Assembly: GCA_963692915.1 (NCBI GenBank)
Contig: OY843584.1
Span: 1,312,001-1,376,000, forward strand
Reading direction: 5' to 3'
Origin: Cenarchaeum sp.
GTDB taxonomy: Archaea > Thermoproteota > Nitrososphaeria > Nitrososphaerales > Nitrosopumilaceae
DNA length: 64,000 nt
Below, piece by piece: positions 18,723 through 28,816 of the stretch. The notes beneath the pieces are model-generated. The model searched no databases. It was given only the letters and a program-made list of their open reading frames with translations, and was not told the DNA's origin. Each line of letters starts with the position of its first letter. Within the stretch, counting starts at the first letter, position 1. A program made the translations under genes and the position numbers.

Positions 18723-18774
18723 ACCCACTCGTTCTGGCGCCAAAATTCATATAGATTCTCCGCGGCGCACGCTG

Positions 18775-18972
18775 ATGTTGGCCTCAAGGGCGATATGCGC
18801 AGGCGTGGGAGTACCGATGATCATAGTCGGCGCGCTCGCTGCCCTCCTCGTGCCCCCCGTGGCCGGCAACATGGCCGATACGGCCGAGTTCCTAGGCAGC
18901 CTGATAGGCATCCTCGGCGCCGTCTTTTTCGTCGCCGGCCTATTCTACACCAAAGAGCCAGTCATGCACTAG
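18775..18972 (+). CDS. Small two-TM membrane protein
   Basis: MLASRAICAGVGVPMII...EFLGSLIGILGAVFFVAGLFYTKEP. Confidence 0.7.
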   Translation: MLASRAICAGVGVPMIIVGALAALLVPPVAGNMADTAEFLGSLIGILGAVFFVAGLFYTKEPVMH

Positions 18973-19009
18973 CGATGACATAAATCCCAATGCGTGCGGG
19001 GCCGGGCCG

Positions 19010-19726
19010 ATGGGCGTGCGGATATTTGAGGTCTTTACCTCGATCGAGGGCGAGGGCCTCCTCTACGGGACAAAGACGCTCTTTGTGAGGCTCGCCGGCT
19101 GCCCGTTCACGTGCTTTTACTGCGACACGGCCGAGGCCCTTCCGGCCGGCTCGGGAAAAGAGTACACGATGGAGGAGGCGTGCGCGCTCATCGACTCGTC
19201 GCTCCAGGACCGCACGTACAAGGTCAACTTTACCGGAGGCGAGCCACTGATCCAGCACGAGGCCGTCGCAGGGCTCGCGCGCCACGTGCGCTCCAGGGGC
19301 GTGCGCACGTACCTAGAGTCAGCATGCTATGACTCTTCGCGCTTTGCGCACGTCATGGACCACATGGACATACTAAAGGTCGAGTTCAAGACTGCCGACT
19401 CGGAGGTCGCGCGCGAGCCGGCGCACTATGCGAGGCTAATCGACGAGGCGACAAAGTGCCTAGAGGCCGCAGTGCGCGCAGGAAAAACAGTCTATGTAAA
19501 GATAGTAGTGAGCGCAAGGACCGGCGAGAAGGAGTTTGGCGAGCTTCTTGACAGGGTGTTTGCAGCAGCTCCCGCATCATCGATAGCCGGGCTTTTCATC
19601 CAACCGACTAGCGGTGTCGAGGAGCCGCGCCTAGAGTCACTTGTGCGCATGTATGATGTCGCAAGCGAGCGCTATGCCGAGGTGAGGGTGGTTCCGCAGC
19701 TGCACAAGCTCATGGGCGCGATCTAG
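19010..19726 (+). CDS. queE: 7-carboxy-7-deazaguanine synthase (radical SAM)
   Basis: EVFTSIEGEG, FVRLAGCPFTCFYCDT (CxxxCxxC), TGGEPL, PQLHK. Confidence 0.92.
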   Translation: MGVRIFEVFTSIEGEGLLYGTKTLFVRLAGCPFTCFYCDTAEALPAGSGKEYTMEEACALIDSSLQDRTYKVNFTGGEPLIQHEAVAGLARHVRSRGVRTYLESACYDSSRFAHVMDHMDILKVEFKTADSEVAREPAHYARLIDEATKCLEAAVRAGKTVYVKIVVSARTGEKEFGELLDRVFAAAPASSIAGLFIQPTSGVEEPRLESLVRMYDVASERYAEVRVVPQLHKLMGAI

Positions 19727-19801
19727 GGCGTGCTCACTAGTTCTCGCACTTGTGTGGAATATTAGAAATGTTAATAAACTGTTTCTGTATCTGGATCAGA
19801 C

Positions 19802-20395
19802 TTGACAGTAAGGTGTCCAGAGTGCGGTTCGGCGTCGACTGCGAGGATGAGGCCGCCGGGAATGCCCATGCGCGAGGCAAGCATTGCCAACATGGGGATG
19901 GCGGAGCTCGGCCGTGCGGTGACGGGCATTAGTCCCATCAGGCAGCCAAATGCGCCAAACCGGTCATGCGACTCTTGTGGTGCGCAATTTAGGAACAAGT
20001 ACGTAAAGTGCCCCGCGTGCCGATCCGTGGACATTGCGCCGATAGTGTACAAGCGCGGCGACGCCCGGGGCGACGCGGGGCCAAATGCCGAGAACGCAGA
20101 ATGGGAGGAGCTCGGGGCCAAATTGGGCGTTGTCGCAATGCCGCCTGACAGCAGCGTCAACCGTCCGACATTTGTGTGCAGAGAGTGCCAAAACGCGTTC
20201 AGGACCCGCCCCGAGCCGTGTCCGGCGTGCGGCTCGCACAACATCAAGCGGATCGTGCAGGGGTATCCGGCGCCCTGGGCCTTTGAAGATCCTGGACGGG
20301 TCATGGGAGGGGGGTGCTGCGTGTCGCCTGAAAGCCCGACAAAGCAATGCGCCGACTGTGGGCACAATTTTGGCAGGCTTGGCCGCGGGTATTGA
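19802..20395 (+). CDS. Multi zinc-ribbon hypothetical protein
   Basis: Six CxxC pairs; CPACGS..I..IVQGYP...GGC.V...P...C..CG motif. Confidence 0.6.
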   Translation: MTVRCPECGSASTARMRPPGMPMREASIANMGMAELGRAVTGISPIRQPNAPNRSCDSCGAQFRNKYVKCPACRSVDIAPIVYKRGDARGDAGPNAENAEWEELGAKLGVVAMPPDSSVNRPTFVCRECQNAFRTRPEPCPACGSHNIKRIVQGYPAPWAFEDPGRVMGGGCCVSPESPTKQCADCGHNFGRLGRGY

Positions 20396-20484
20396 CACGC
20401 ACGCCTGCAACGTGCGCACGCGACGCCATTCGCATGGAGGCGCCCCTACCTTCAAATACTGACACGCCGGCCCTTTGCGCACAA

Positions 20485-21042
20485 ATGAACCATGACCGTA
20501 TAAGGGGGCTCGTGCGCGAGCTCATAATCGAGATAGGCGAGGACCCAACGAGGGAGGGCCTGCGCGACACGCCAGAGCGCATAGCTGACATGTATGGCGA
20601 GATATTTGACGGGTACGAGTCTGATGCCGAGCTCGACGTCCAGTTCTCCGAGGACTCGGACACCGTCGTCGTGCGCGACATTAGGTTCTACTCGATGTGC
20701 GAGCACCACATGCTCCCGTTCTTTGGCACAGTCAGCATCGCCTACGCGCCAAACGGCCGCGTCTTTGGGACATCAAAGCTCGTGCGCCTCGTCAAAAAGC
20801 ACGCCAGGCGCCTCCAGATACAGGAGCGCTTTACGAGGAGCATCGCAGATGACCTCAACGCGCAGGGCGTAAAGGGCGTCGCCGTCTGGGCTGACGCCGA
20901 GCACCTCTGCATGAGGATGCGCGGTGTCGAGAACGAGGCGACGATGACGACGAGCGCGTTTCGCGGGATATACGAGAACCGCCTAGAGCGGCAGGCCATA
21001 GTGGCCATGGTCCACCAGAGGGCAAAGCAGCCGCCGGCATAG
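20485..21042 (+). CDS. folE: GTP cyclohydrolase I
   Basis: GEDPTREGLRDTPER, SMCEHHMLPF, RRLQIQER, HLCMRMRG. Confidence 0.95.
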   Translation: MNHDRIRGLVRELIIEIGEDPTREGLRDTPERIADMYGEIFDGYESDAELDVQFSEDSDTVVVRDIRFYSMCEHHMLPFFGTVSIAYAPNGRVFGTSKLVRLVKKHARRLQIQERFTRSIADDLNAQGVKGVAVWADAEHLCMRMRGVENEATMTTSAFRGIYENRLERQAIVAMVHQRAKQPPA

Positions 21043-21106
21043 GGGGCATGAACGGCTCGGATCGCGCACATATGCATAAATACCAACATCTGGCCGCGTG
21101 GCACTG

Positions 21107-21451
21107 ATGGGTGCGCACGACAATGTCCATGTCCCTAGTGAGTCATGGCCGAACTGGACGTGGTATGCGATCGAGTTTGGCATAGTCCTGGCCGTCTCCA
21201 TGGTCATCGCCTGGCAGGTTTCAGACGCCATACTCCCCGCAGTCGCCGCCGCTGCAGGCCACGCCGGCGCACTAGAGTCCTGGGAGGGGATCAACATACA
21301 CTCTGCCGAGTTCAAGGCGCTAGAGGCTGCCGTCGAGTACAGGATCATCGCAATGTCCAACTGGGTCTTTTACGGGATCGTCGGCGTCGTCTTTCTTGGA
21401 TGGTACCTCCTGATCCGCGGCCTCGCGCTAAAAAAGAGGGTTCTGGGATGA
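21107..21451 (+). CDS. Conserved-looking membrane protein
   Basis: WPNWTWYAIEF plus two TM helices. Confidence 0.7.
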   Translation: MGAHDNVHVPSESWPNWTWYAIEFGIVLAVSMVIAWQVSDAILPAVAAAAGHAGALESWEGINIHSAEFKALEAAVEYRIIAMSNWVFYGIVGVVFLGWYLLIRGLALKKRVLG

Positions 21452-21915
21452 GACAGCAAGCCATCATCGCCGTTATGGGCATAGGCGCCGGCTTACTCGT
21501 AGCTGCGGCCATCACCACGCAGGTCGAGTGGGATGTCGCGGAGCCTGCCATGCCCGATCGCGCAGGCGAGGCGATGCCCAATGCGCTCGGCGAGCGGGCC
21601 GCGATGATCGACGACGAGGCCGAGTGTGCTGCCGAAGGCGGGTCGTGGAGGTGGATAAACGCGTCATTCAAGGCGTGCGTCCTGCCCTATCCGGACGCCG
21701 GCGAGGAGTGCTCGGCCTCATCAGAGTGCGCCGGCGGGTGCTTTGCGTCAGACTTTGACTCACTGGAGGCCGGTCTCGGGATGTGCAGGGCCGACACTGA
21801 CCGCTCTGGCTGCCTAGGCGAGATCGGCGGCTCTACCATCGAGTGCCTCCATGACGACATCATGACGCGCTGCACGACGGACTCTATAGAGCGCGAGTGC
21901 CTCAGGCTGCGCTAG
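21448..21915 (+). CDS. Cys-rich exported protein
   Basis: Signal/TM then C..EGG.W, C..PY.DAG..C..SSEC.GGC; ATGA overlap with the upstream gene. Confidence 0.7.
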   Translation: MRQQAIIAVMGIGAGLLVAAAITTQVEWDVAEPAMPDRAGEAMPNALGERAAMIDDEAECAAEGGSWRWINASFKACVLPYPDAGEECSASSECAGGCFASDFDSLEAGLGMCRADTDRSGCLGEIGGSTIECLHDDIMTRCTTDSIERECLRLR

Positions 21916-22601
21916 TGCGCGTATCTCGTCCTGTCTAGTATTCCGGCCTCGGCAAATGCGGCCTTGCGGTTTGCGCATGACTCGCACTCGCCGCAGTGCG
22001 CCGTTCTTGATGACGAGTAGCAGCTCCACGTCTCAAATATCGCATCGCCGAGCGCGCGGTGACCGCGGCGGATCATGTCGGCCTTTGAGAGTCGCGCACT
22101 CGCCGGACTCCATATGCTGATGCGCTGCCTCTTGCCTGAGCGTATCCCGTCAGACTCGCCGGCGTTGAGCGCCGACTCTAGTGCGCGCGCGAACGCGGGC
22201 CGGCAGTCCGGATACGGCCTGTCGCCGGTGTGCGCGCCGTACGCGACTGTCTGCGCGCCGATCGTAAACGCCCACGCCGTGGCGATCGAGAGAAAGACGG
22301 CGTTGCGGACCGGCACGACTATTGAATAGTCAAACGTCTGCGGCAGGCGCGCGCGCGCATCGGTGAGAACGTTGGTCTTTGCATAGAGCGATCGCATAAA
22401 CCCAATGTCGACGGTCTTGTGCTCGGCGAGGCCTGCGCGCCGCGCGAGGCGTTTTGCTGCCCTAATCTCCTGCGTCGCGCGCTGGCCATAGGAGAACGTT
22501 ATTCCGTGGAGCGAGTGCGTCGGCGCAAGGTGCGCGCACATGCAAACGGAGTCTAGGCCCCCGCTAAACACGACTACGGCGCGCGGCCTCTTTTTGGCCA
22601 T
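21912..22601 (-). CDS. queC: 7-cyano-7-deazaguanine synthase
   Basis: FSGGLDS, YGQR, VPVRN, YPDCRP, TWSCY, CGECESC. Confidence 0.95.
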   Translation of the reverse strand: MAKKRPRAVVVFSGGLDSVCMCAHLAPTHSLHGITFSYGQRATQEIRAAKRLARRAGLAEHKTVDIGFMRSLYAKTNVLTDARARLPQTFDYSIVVPVRNAVFLSIATAWAFTIGAQTVAYGAHTGDRPYPDCRPAFARALESALNAGESDGIRSGKRQRISIWSPASARLSKADMIRRGHRALGDAIFETWSCYSSSRTAHCGECESCANRKAAFAEAGILDRTRYAH

Positions 22602-23527
22602 TATGCGCGCATGGCCCCGCGGGCCGTCGGCCTGCACTCGACTAGCCTGCATCGCACGTGCGCGCGGGCAAACCCACGCCTCATCGCGCGCGCGATTGCG
22701 CCAGTGTCCGTGCCACTGGCGGAAACTGCGATTATCGAGGGGCCGGCCCCGCTTATTGCCACGCCGGCGGCTCCGGCGCGCATTGCAGCCGAGCGGACAT
22801 GCTCTAGGCCGGGAATCTTTGCGCGGCGTGCCGGCTCGGCTATCGCGTCTGCCATCGCCGAGCCGATCAGGGCCGTGTCGCGCCGCGCGATTCCGGCGAC
22901 TAGCGCGGCAGCATTGGAGACGTTGGCCGTGACGTCTGCGAGGCGCGGCGTGCGCGGGACGACACCCCTCGAGGCGGCCGTCTTTTTGGCCGGAACGGCA
23001 ATCTCGGGCACGGCGACGCAGCAGCGCATGTCCGCCGGCGCAGTCATGCGCACAATGTCTAGGGGGCCGGTCCGGACGATGACAAAGCCGCCGAGGACCG
23101 CGGCGGCGACATTGTCATAGTGAACCGTGCCCGCACTGGCGCGCTCGCCGACTCCGGCGAGCTCGACGAGGCCGCGCGGCCCGAGGTCCAGCGAGAGGAG
23201 CTCGTCAGACGCGACGGCCGCCGCGGCCGCCGATGCGGCACTGCTGCCCATTCCCATGCCGACTGGAACGCGCTTTAGTATCCGCACGTCTAGCCCGCGC
23301 ACGCCGGACATGCGCATGGCCTCCAGGGCGACTAGGCCTGCCGTGTTGCGCCGTGGCTCGACTGGAACGCCGCCATCAGAGACGACGCGCACGCCGCGCA
23401 CATCAGAGAGCGAGACAGTCACCGTGTCCCTAAATGCGCCGAGTGCCATCCCAAACACGTCAAAGCCGGATCCGAGGTTTGCAGTAGTCGACGGCGCGCT
23501 GGCCCTCGCGCTGCGCGCGCGACTCAA
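22601..23527 (-). CDS. thrB: Homoserine kinase
   Basis: PSTTANLGSGFD, PVGMGMGSSAAS, HYDNVA, ISGAGP. Confidence 0.95.
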   Translation of the reverse strand: MSRARSARASAPSTTANLGSGFDVFGMALGAFRDTVTVSLSDVRGVRVVSDGGVPVEPRRNTAGLVALEAMRMSGVRGLDVRILKRVPVGMGMGSSAASAAAAAVASDELLSLDLGPRGLVELAGVGERASAGTVHYDNVAAAVLGGFVIVRTGPLDIVRMTAPADMRCCVAVPEIAVPAKKTAASRGVVPRTPRLADVTANVSNAAALVAGIARRDTALIGSAMADAIAEPARRAKIPGLEHVRSAAMRAGAAGVAISGAGPSIIAVSASGTDTGAIARAMRRGFARAHVRCRLVECRPTARGAMRA

Positions 23528-24282
23528 TCCACGACCTCCTCGCCCTCGTCTATTGCGCGGCCAAGCGAGGCCCAGAGCGTCTCTAGGCCGTCGCCAGTGA
23601 CACTAGAGACCGGCGTGATGGCCGGCGCGAGTCCGGCAGAGTCGAGGCCGCGCAGTATTCCCATCGAGAGCTCGAGGGACTCGCCGCTAGCGTCGCGCGC
23701 AAGCGCGCCGGCGAGTGATGACGTGTCCTCTGACCACGAGATCGCCTCTGCAGCTGACGGGGGCGACATGTCAGACTTTGTGAGCACGTGGACCGTCGGC
23801 ATGCCAAGTCGGAGGCGGACTGACTCGGCGAGAAGCGCAATTGAGACAAAGTTCGACGGCGAGTTGACCATCATCCCGTCGAACAGAAAGACGCACGCCT
23901 TTTGGTCGGCATCAGGAACGCGCGCAATGAACGGCCCGCTTGCGCGATACGCAAAGAGCTCTATCTGGCCCGGCGTGTCGACGATGACATAGTCGGGGTT
24001 GACGGAATTGACCTCAGACCACACGTCATCGATCTTTGAGGCGACAAGGTCATTGGCCATGACGAGCGCGCCATTGGGCCCGAGGCCGTACTTTTTCATG
24101 AGCGAGACAATGTCAACGTGGTCGCGCACGTCAACGTCGCAGGTGTAGGGGAGGTCCTCGACGCCAGGATCCAGGTTGAGGCTCGCCACAAAGGCGCCAG
24201 CACCCGTATAGTGCTCGCGCATCTTTGAGGCCAGAAGCGACTTGCCCGAGCCTGCTGTCCCCACGATAAACACCGCCTTCAA
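23524..24282 (-). CDS. GPN-loop GTPase
   Basis: GTAGSGKS, NLDPG, LGPNG, DTPGQIE. Confidence 0.92.
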   Translation of the reverse strand: MKAVFIVGTAGSGKSLLASKMREHYTGAGAFVASLNLDPGVEDLPYTCDVDVRDHVDIVSLMKKYGLGPNGALVMANDLVASKIDDVWSEVNSVNPDYVIVDTPGQIELFAYRASGPFIARVPDADQKACVFLFDGMMVNSPSNFVSIALLAESVRLRLGMPTVHVLTKSDMSPPSAAEAISWSEDTSSLAGALARDASGESLELSMGILRGLDSAGLAPAITPVSSVTGDGLETLWASLGRAIDEGEEVVD

Positions 24283-24340
24283 GGTAATGCGCGCGCTTGC
24301 GCTGTTGGCTTATATTTGAATGCGCGCGCGCGGCGGGCCA

Positions 24341-25357
24341 ATGAGGTGGAGACTCGTGGCGATACCGGCAAGCCTGGTCCCAATCGTCGTGATCGCCGTG
24401 CAGTTTGACATCGGCGCCGATGACGTGCTTGCCGTGGGCATCGCCGGATACGCGCTCGCCGTCGGCGCGATAGGCGCAAAGCTTGCGCTCCAGGGCGCAA
24501 AGTTTGCGTATATCGCGCGCTCGTACATCAAGAACGTCGGCTCGCTGCCAAGCCTCATGGGGGTTCGCGTCGGCAGCGAGTTCATAAAGTTCACGACGCC
24601 AATGTTCGTTGGCGCCGAGGTCGCCGTCATCTATTGGCTCCACAAGCGCGGCGTGCCGGCCTCCAAGGCCTCGTGGGTCGCCATAATGGACATCGTGACT
24701 GAGGTCATCGCCGCCGGCGTCATTTCCATGGCCGCCGGCGCAATTGCGCTCTATGTCGGCGCGTACGCCCTTGCCGCACTCATCCTCGGCACTAGCGTGA
24801 CGATAACCGGGATATGGACGATCCTGTTCTTTCTCTCCTCGCGGCGCGTCTTTGGCGTTCCGCGCGTGATCGTTCGTGCCGCCTCGGCGATCGTCGGCAC
24901 GCGGGCCGACCGCTACATCGATCAGGCCAACTCGTGGATGCGCGAGGTCTGCGAGATGAGCCGCCAGAACATGTCAAGCGCGCACGCGCGGCGCGTATTT
25001 TGCGTCAGCCTTGCCGCATCGTTTGCGAGCTGGGCAATGTATGGCGTCTCACTCGCGGCAATAACTGTCGGTTTGGCGCACACCGTCGGCGCGCTAGACT
25101 CGATCATGGCAGTAATGGCCGCAAACGCAGTCGGCAACCTGCCAATAACTGTCGGCGGGTCAGGCCTCGTGGAGATAAGTGCGGCCGCATACCTTGACGC
25201 AGTCGGCTCGGCCGGATGGGTCGCCCTGGGCGAGGCCCTCGAGTGGAGCTCTGTCATCGGGTGGCGCATCGCGACCTACTATGTGCCCATAGGGATCACG
25301 TGGGTCCTCCTCGCGAGGTTTGCGCTCGCAAGGTACACCAGGGTGGATGACGATTGA
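24341..25357 (+). CDS. Lysylphosphatidylglycerol synthase TM / UPF0104 flippase-like membrane protein
   Basis: Multi-TM; TP...GAE, P.TVGGSGLVE, WRIATYY. Confidence 0.8.
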   Translation: MRWRLVAIPASLVPIVVIAVQFDIGADDVLAVGIAGYALAVGAIGAKLALQGAKFAYIARSYIKNVGSLPSLMGVRVGSEFIKFTTPMFVGAEVAVIYWLHKRGVPASKASWVAIMDIVTEVIAAGVISMAAGAIALYVGAYALAALILGTSVTITGIWTILFFLSSRRVFGVPRVIVRAASAIVGTRADRYIDQANSWMREVCEMSRQNMSSAHARRVFCVSLAASFASWAMYGVSLAAITVGLAHTVGALDSIMAVMAANAVGNLPITVGGSGLVEISAAAYLDAVGSAGWVALGEALEWSSVIGWRIATYYVPIGITWVLLARFALARYTRVDDD

Positions 25358-26598
25358 GGGCCCGCCTGGCCCGCCTCTCGATGACCCTCGGGCCGGGCGT
25401 CCTCTTTGCGTCGACTGCGATAGGCGTGTCGCACCTGGTCCAGTCGACGCGGGCCGGAGCCGAGTTTGGCTTTCTCCTCATCGGCGCGATCATTGCTGCC
25501 AACGCGCTAAAGTATCCCTTTTTTGAGTACGGGACGAGGTACGCCACCGTCACCGGAACGAGCATCATCGACGGCTATGCGCGCCTCGGGAGGCGCGTCC
25601 TCTGGCTCTACATCGGCATAACGGTCTCCTCGATGTTCTTTGTGACTGCTGCCGTCGGGGCAGTCGGCGCGGGCTTTTTCGCCAACCTGTTTGGCCTCGA
25701 TGAGGGCGGGCCCTGGACCGTGATCGCCCTCTTTGTGGCGTGCTGCGCGATACTCGCAGTCGGGAGGTACCGCATCCTCGACTCGCTCGTAAAGGTCGTC
25801 GCCACAGTCATGGTCGTCTCCACAGTCGCCGCGCTCATCCTCGCAGTGGCCAACGGGCCGGCCGAGCGCGTCGAGGGCTTTGTGGAGCGCGACCTCCTCG
25901 AGCCGGCCGGCCTCCTCTTTCTTGTCGCGCTCATGGGCTGGATGCCGACTGCGATCGACCTGTCCAGCTGGAACAGCCTCTGGACGCTGGAGCGCATAAG
26001 GCAGACGCGCTTCAAGCCGCGCCTCGGCGAGGCCCTCCTGGAGTTTCGCCTCGCGTATATCATCACCGGCACGCTTGCAGTCATCTTTCTCCTCCTTGGC
26101 GCGTACATCCTGTTTGGAACCGGCACGGGCCTGCCAGACGGCGGTGCGGCCTTTGCCGGCTCGGTCGTGTCGCTGTATACTGAGACGATAGGCGACTGGA
26201 GCGGGATTGTCATATCGACTGCGGCCTTTAGCATAATGTTTGGCACGGTCATCGCAGTCTTTGACGGGTACTCGCGCGCGCTGCGCCGCTGCGCCGAGCT
26301 TGTGAGGCCAAGCGGGGCAGGCCTCCCCTATCCGGCATTCCTCGGCATAATTGCCGCCGGCTCGCTTGCAGTCGTCCTCCAGTTCGGCGACAGCCTCAAG
26401 GGCCTTGTGGACTTTGCGACTAGCGTCTCGTTTCTCGCCGCGCCTGCGATCGCCATTGTCAACTATCGCCTTGTCACCGGAAAGCACCTCGAGCGATCCG
26501 CGCAGCCGGGCGCGATCCTGCGCGTCATGAGCGTCGCTGGCATTGTGTTTCTCGTCGCGTTTAGCGCAATCTATGTGGCCATCAGGCTTACGTCATGA
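25354..26598 (+). CDS. NRAMP-like divalent metal transporter
   Basis: LGPGVLFASTAIGVSHLVQSTRAGA, KYPFFE, ALMGWMP; ~11 TM. Confidence 0.85.
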   Translation: MRARLARLSMTLGPGVLFASTAIGVSHLVQSTRAGAEFGFLLIGAIIAANALKYPFFEYGTRYATVTGTSIIDGYARLGRRVLWLYIGITVSSMFFVTAAVGAVGAGFFANLFGLDEGGPWTVIALFVACCAILAVGRYRILDSLVKVVATVMVVSTVAALILAVANGPAERVEGFVERDLLEPAGLLFLVALMGWMPTAIDLSSWNSLWTLERIRQTRFKPRLGEALLEFRLAYIITGTLAVIFLLLGAYILFGTGTGLPDGGAAFAGSVVSLYTETIGDWSGIVISTAAFSIMFGTVIAVFDGYSRALRRCAELVRPSGAGLPYPAFLGIIAAGSLAVVLQFGDSLKGLVDFATSVSFLAAPAIAIVNYRLVTGKHLERSAQPGAILRVMSVAGIVFLVAFSAIYVAIRLTS

Positions 26599-27279
26599 CG
26601 CGGGGTCATCGGCCTTTTGCAGCATGAGCTCCATCTGTGTCCACTGGCCCGTCTCCGGCGGCGCGCGCCGCACAATGTGCGTTGTGAGCGGCGCGAGTGC
26701 GGCGTATCCCGGCAGGAGGGCAGAGAGCTCGGCCTCGGTGAAAAAGTGTATCACGAGGCCGTCGCGCTCCCCTCCGAGATAGCGCATCGTCCTGCCGCCC
26801 TGGCTCGTGCGCTCGATGACCTCGTGCTCCTGGCCCACCTCGCTTGCCGTCGAGTTTATGCGCACGAACAGGAGGCCTCCGGGCGCGACGAGCGAGTCGA
26901 CCTTGGCGAACCGGGCCTCGACGTCGCTCATCATGCCGTGCATGAGCGACTGGATCGCCACGACGTACGCGTATGGCGTGTGGGCGTCTGCCTCCATAAT
27001 GTCGCCGCACGTGATGCGCGGGCCCTCGCGCAGGCTCGGCGCCCTGGCGAGGAGCGACTCGATGGCCACCGGCGAGACGTCAAGGCCCTCGAGGGCCAGG
27101 CCGGCCTTGCGAAGCGGCACATAGTTGCGCCCGTTGCCGCACCCGAGATAGATGCCTCGCGCGCCGGCCATGGAGCGCCCGCGCAGCGTCGAGACTATCT
27201 TGGCGACTAGCGGGACCGGCCCGTCATCGACATACCGGCCAGAGCGGTACTCGGCGTCCCACAGGTCTTGGGCCTTCAC
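26593..27279 (-). CDS. Class I SAM-dependent methyltransferase
   Basis: LGCGNGRN, GLDVS, GDI, LVAPGGLLFV; GTG start ~25 nt below ATATAT. Confidence 0.85.
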   Translation of the reverse strand: MKAQDLWDAEYRSGRYVDDGPVPLVAKIVSTLRGRSMAGARGIYLGCGNGRNYVPLRKAGLALEGLDVSPVAIESLLARAPSLREGPRITCGDIMEADAHTPYAYVVAIQSLMHGMMSDVEARFAKVDSLVAPGGLLFVRINSTASEVGQEHEVIERTSQGGRTMRYLGGERDGLVIHFFTEAELSALLPGYAALAPLTTHIVRRAPPETGQWTQMELMLQKADDPAS

Positions 27280-27566
27280 GGCGTGGTGCGGCCAAGGTGC
27301 CGGATATATCTGTGGTCGGCGTGGGCGCGGGTCCATTGGTGGTGATCTATGGGCAATGGCCGTCCACCATGCGGGCATGGGGGTTGGAACCGTGAATGGT
27401 TGGTCACGTGTACGCACCTAGCGGCCAGTCAGGGCATGACTGGCTGCCATGGGGGTGGACAGTTCGTCGAATGGTCTGGGGTTCTGACAGCACGCCCCCA
27501 TGCTAGGCGCACGTGCTGCCTCGCGGCAATAACCATTTTAAGGGGAATGATCGCGCAGTGGCCGCG

Positions 27567-28310
27567 ATGAAACCCGGCACAAACGTCCTGCTCACGTTCG
27601 GCGACAGCTCCGGCAACCCGTCGCGCTCCGAAAAGGCCATAGCAGACACACCGTACTATATCGTAGTCACGATCACGACGGGCGTGCCAGAAGCGCACAG
27701 GATTGACGGGCGCATGGACAGACTCAAGAAAAAGTACTTTGACGGGCGCAGGCTAGAGCGCGCAGAGTTTCATGCCCGTGTTTTGCTAAAGCACCTGCTA
27801 TGGCAAACGAAAAATATAGACATCGCACATAAAAAATTTGAGGCTGTTTTTGATGACATTGTTGAAATTGTGCTGGACATGGATGCCATCATCAACGTAG
27901 TCATAATGGAAAAACGTCCCATAGACGAAATGACACGGTTAGAGGACACAACGATCAAATCTTGGGATTATGCCGCTCATATGCTCCAACCGGTTCTCTT
28001 GAGATCTCCCCCTAACACAACAAACCTGACTCTGCTTGACACATATGATGATGCAACCAACAGGAACGTGAACGAGATCATTGTGCAGCGCCTGAAACCA
28101 TTCATCAATGTTGGCGGTTTTGCGGGAAGAACTGCCATGAGGCCAGTGTTTGTAAACTCTAGACTCTCCAATCTGATCCAACTAGTCGACATGATTGCAC
28201 ATATCATGACCAAGGTCAGCAGACATGAAGATGCAGAAGGATCGTTTGCCCGCCGCTATGCCCTGCTAGAGCCCAAGATCTCTTGCATTCGTCGTGGAAC
28301 CGTGAGCTAG
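27567..28310 (+). CDS. DUF3800-like RNase H-fold protein (copy 3)
   Basis: FGDSSG, EFHA, LLDTY, IQLVDMIA; TTTTAAG upstream. Confidence 0.8.
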   Translation: MKPGTNVLLTFGDSSGNPSRSEKAIADTPYYIVVTITTGVPEAHRIDGRMDRLKKKYFDGRRLERAEFHARVLLKHLLWQTKNIDIAHKKFEAVFDDIVEIVLDMDAIINVVIMEKRPIDEMTRLEDTTIKSWDYAAHMLQPVLLRSPPNTTNLTLLDTYDDATNRNVNEIIVQRLKPFINVGGFAGRTAMRPVFVNSRLSNLIQLVDMIAHIMTKVSRHEDAEGSFARRYALLEPKISCIRRGTVS

Positions 28311-28317
28311 CTGAGAA

Positions 28318-28395
28318 TGCGGTCCTGACCACACGACAATAGTCGCTAGGCCAGGACCGACTCGACTGTGTGGCTCGAAAGCGGCACAGGTCTGC
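28318..28395 (-). ncRNA. DUF3800-associated two-hairpin RNA unit
   Basis: Reverse complement of the consensus; TTTAAATA on the minus strand at 28417-28424. Confidence 0.6.
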
Positions 28396-28519
28396 GTCAG
28401 GGTGGCATGCGCTCTTTATTTAAACATTGCCTCATATGGCAGGCGTGGCGCCGATGCTGCGGACGCCATTGCCCCGGACCAATACGCGATCGCTTGCCAT
28501 GGCAATAGGGAATGAGGGT

Positions 28520-28598
28520 TGCGGTCCTGGCCACACGGCAAACTGCCGCTAGGCCAGGACCGACTCGAGTGTGGGACCTAAAGGCGCCACACGTCTGC
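28520..28598 (-). ncRNA. DUF3800-associated two-hairpin RNA unit
   Basis: Consensus match; ATTAAATA upstream on the minus strand. Confidence 0.6.
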
Positions 28599-28816
28599 GT
28601 CAGGGTAGCGTGTGCTCTTTATTTAATCATTGACCCACACTGAATGATTGCTCACGTGTCCGCATCTAGTGGCCAGTCAGGGCATGGTTGGCTGCAGCGA
28701 GGGTGGACAGTTCGTCGAATGGTCTAAGGGACCCTGGCAGCACGCCCCCATGCTAGACGCACGTGCTGCCTCGCGGCAACAACCATTTTAAGGGCAATGA
28801 TCGCGCGGTGTCCGCG

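Noticed and set aside
19010-22601. queE/folE/queC as a 7-deazaguanine DNA modification (dpd) system tied to dnd
   Set aside because: No dpdA/tgt-like gene is present and the genes sit among housekeeping genes (thrB, GPN GTPase). Archaeosine/preQ0 synthesis explains them.
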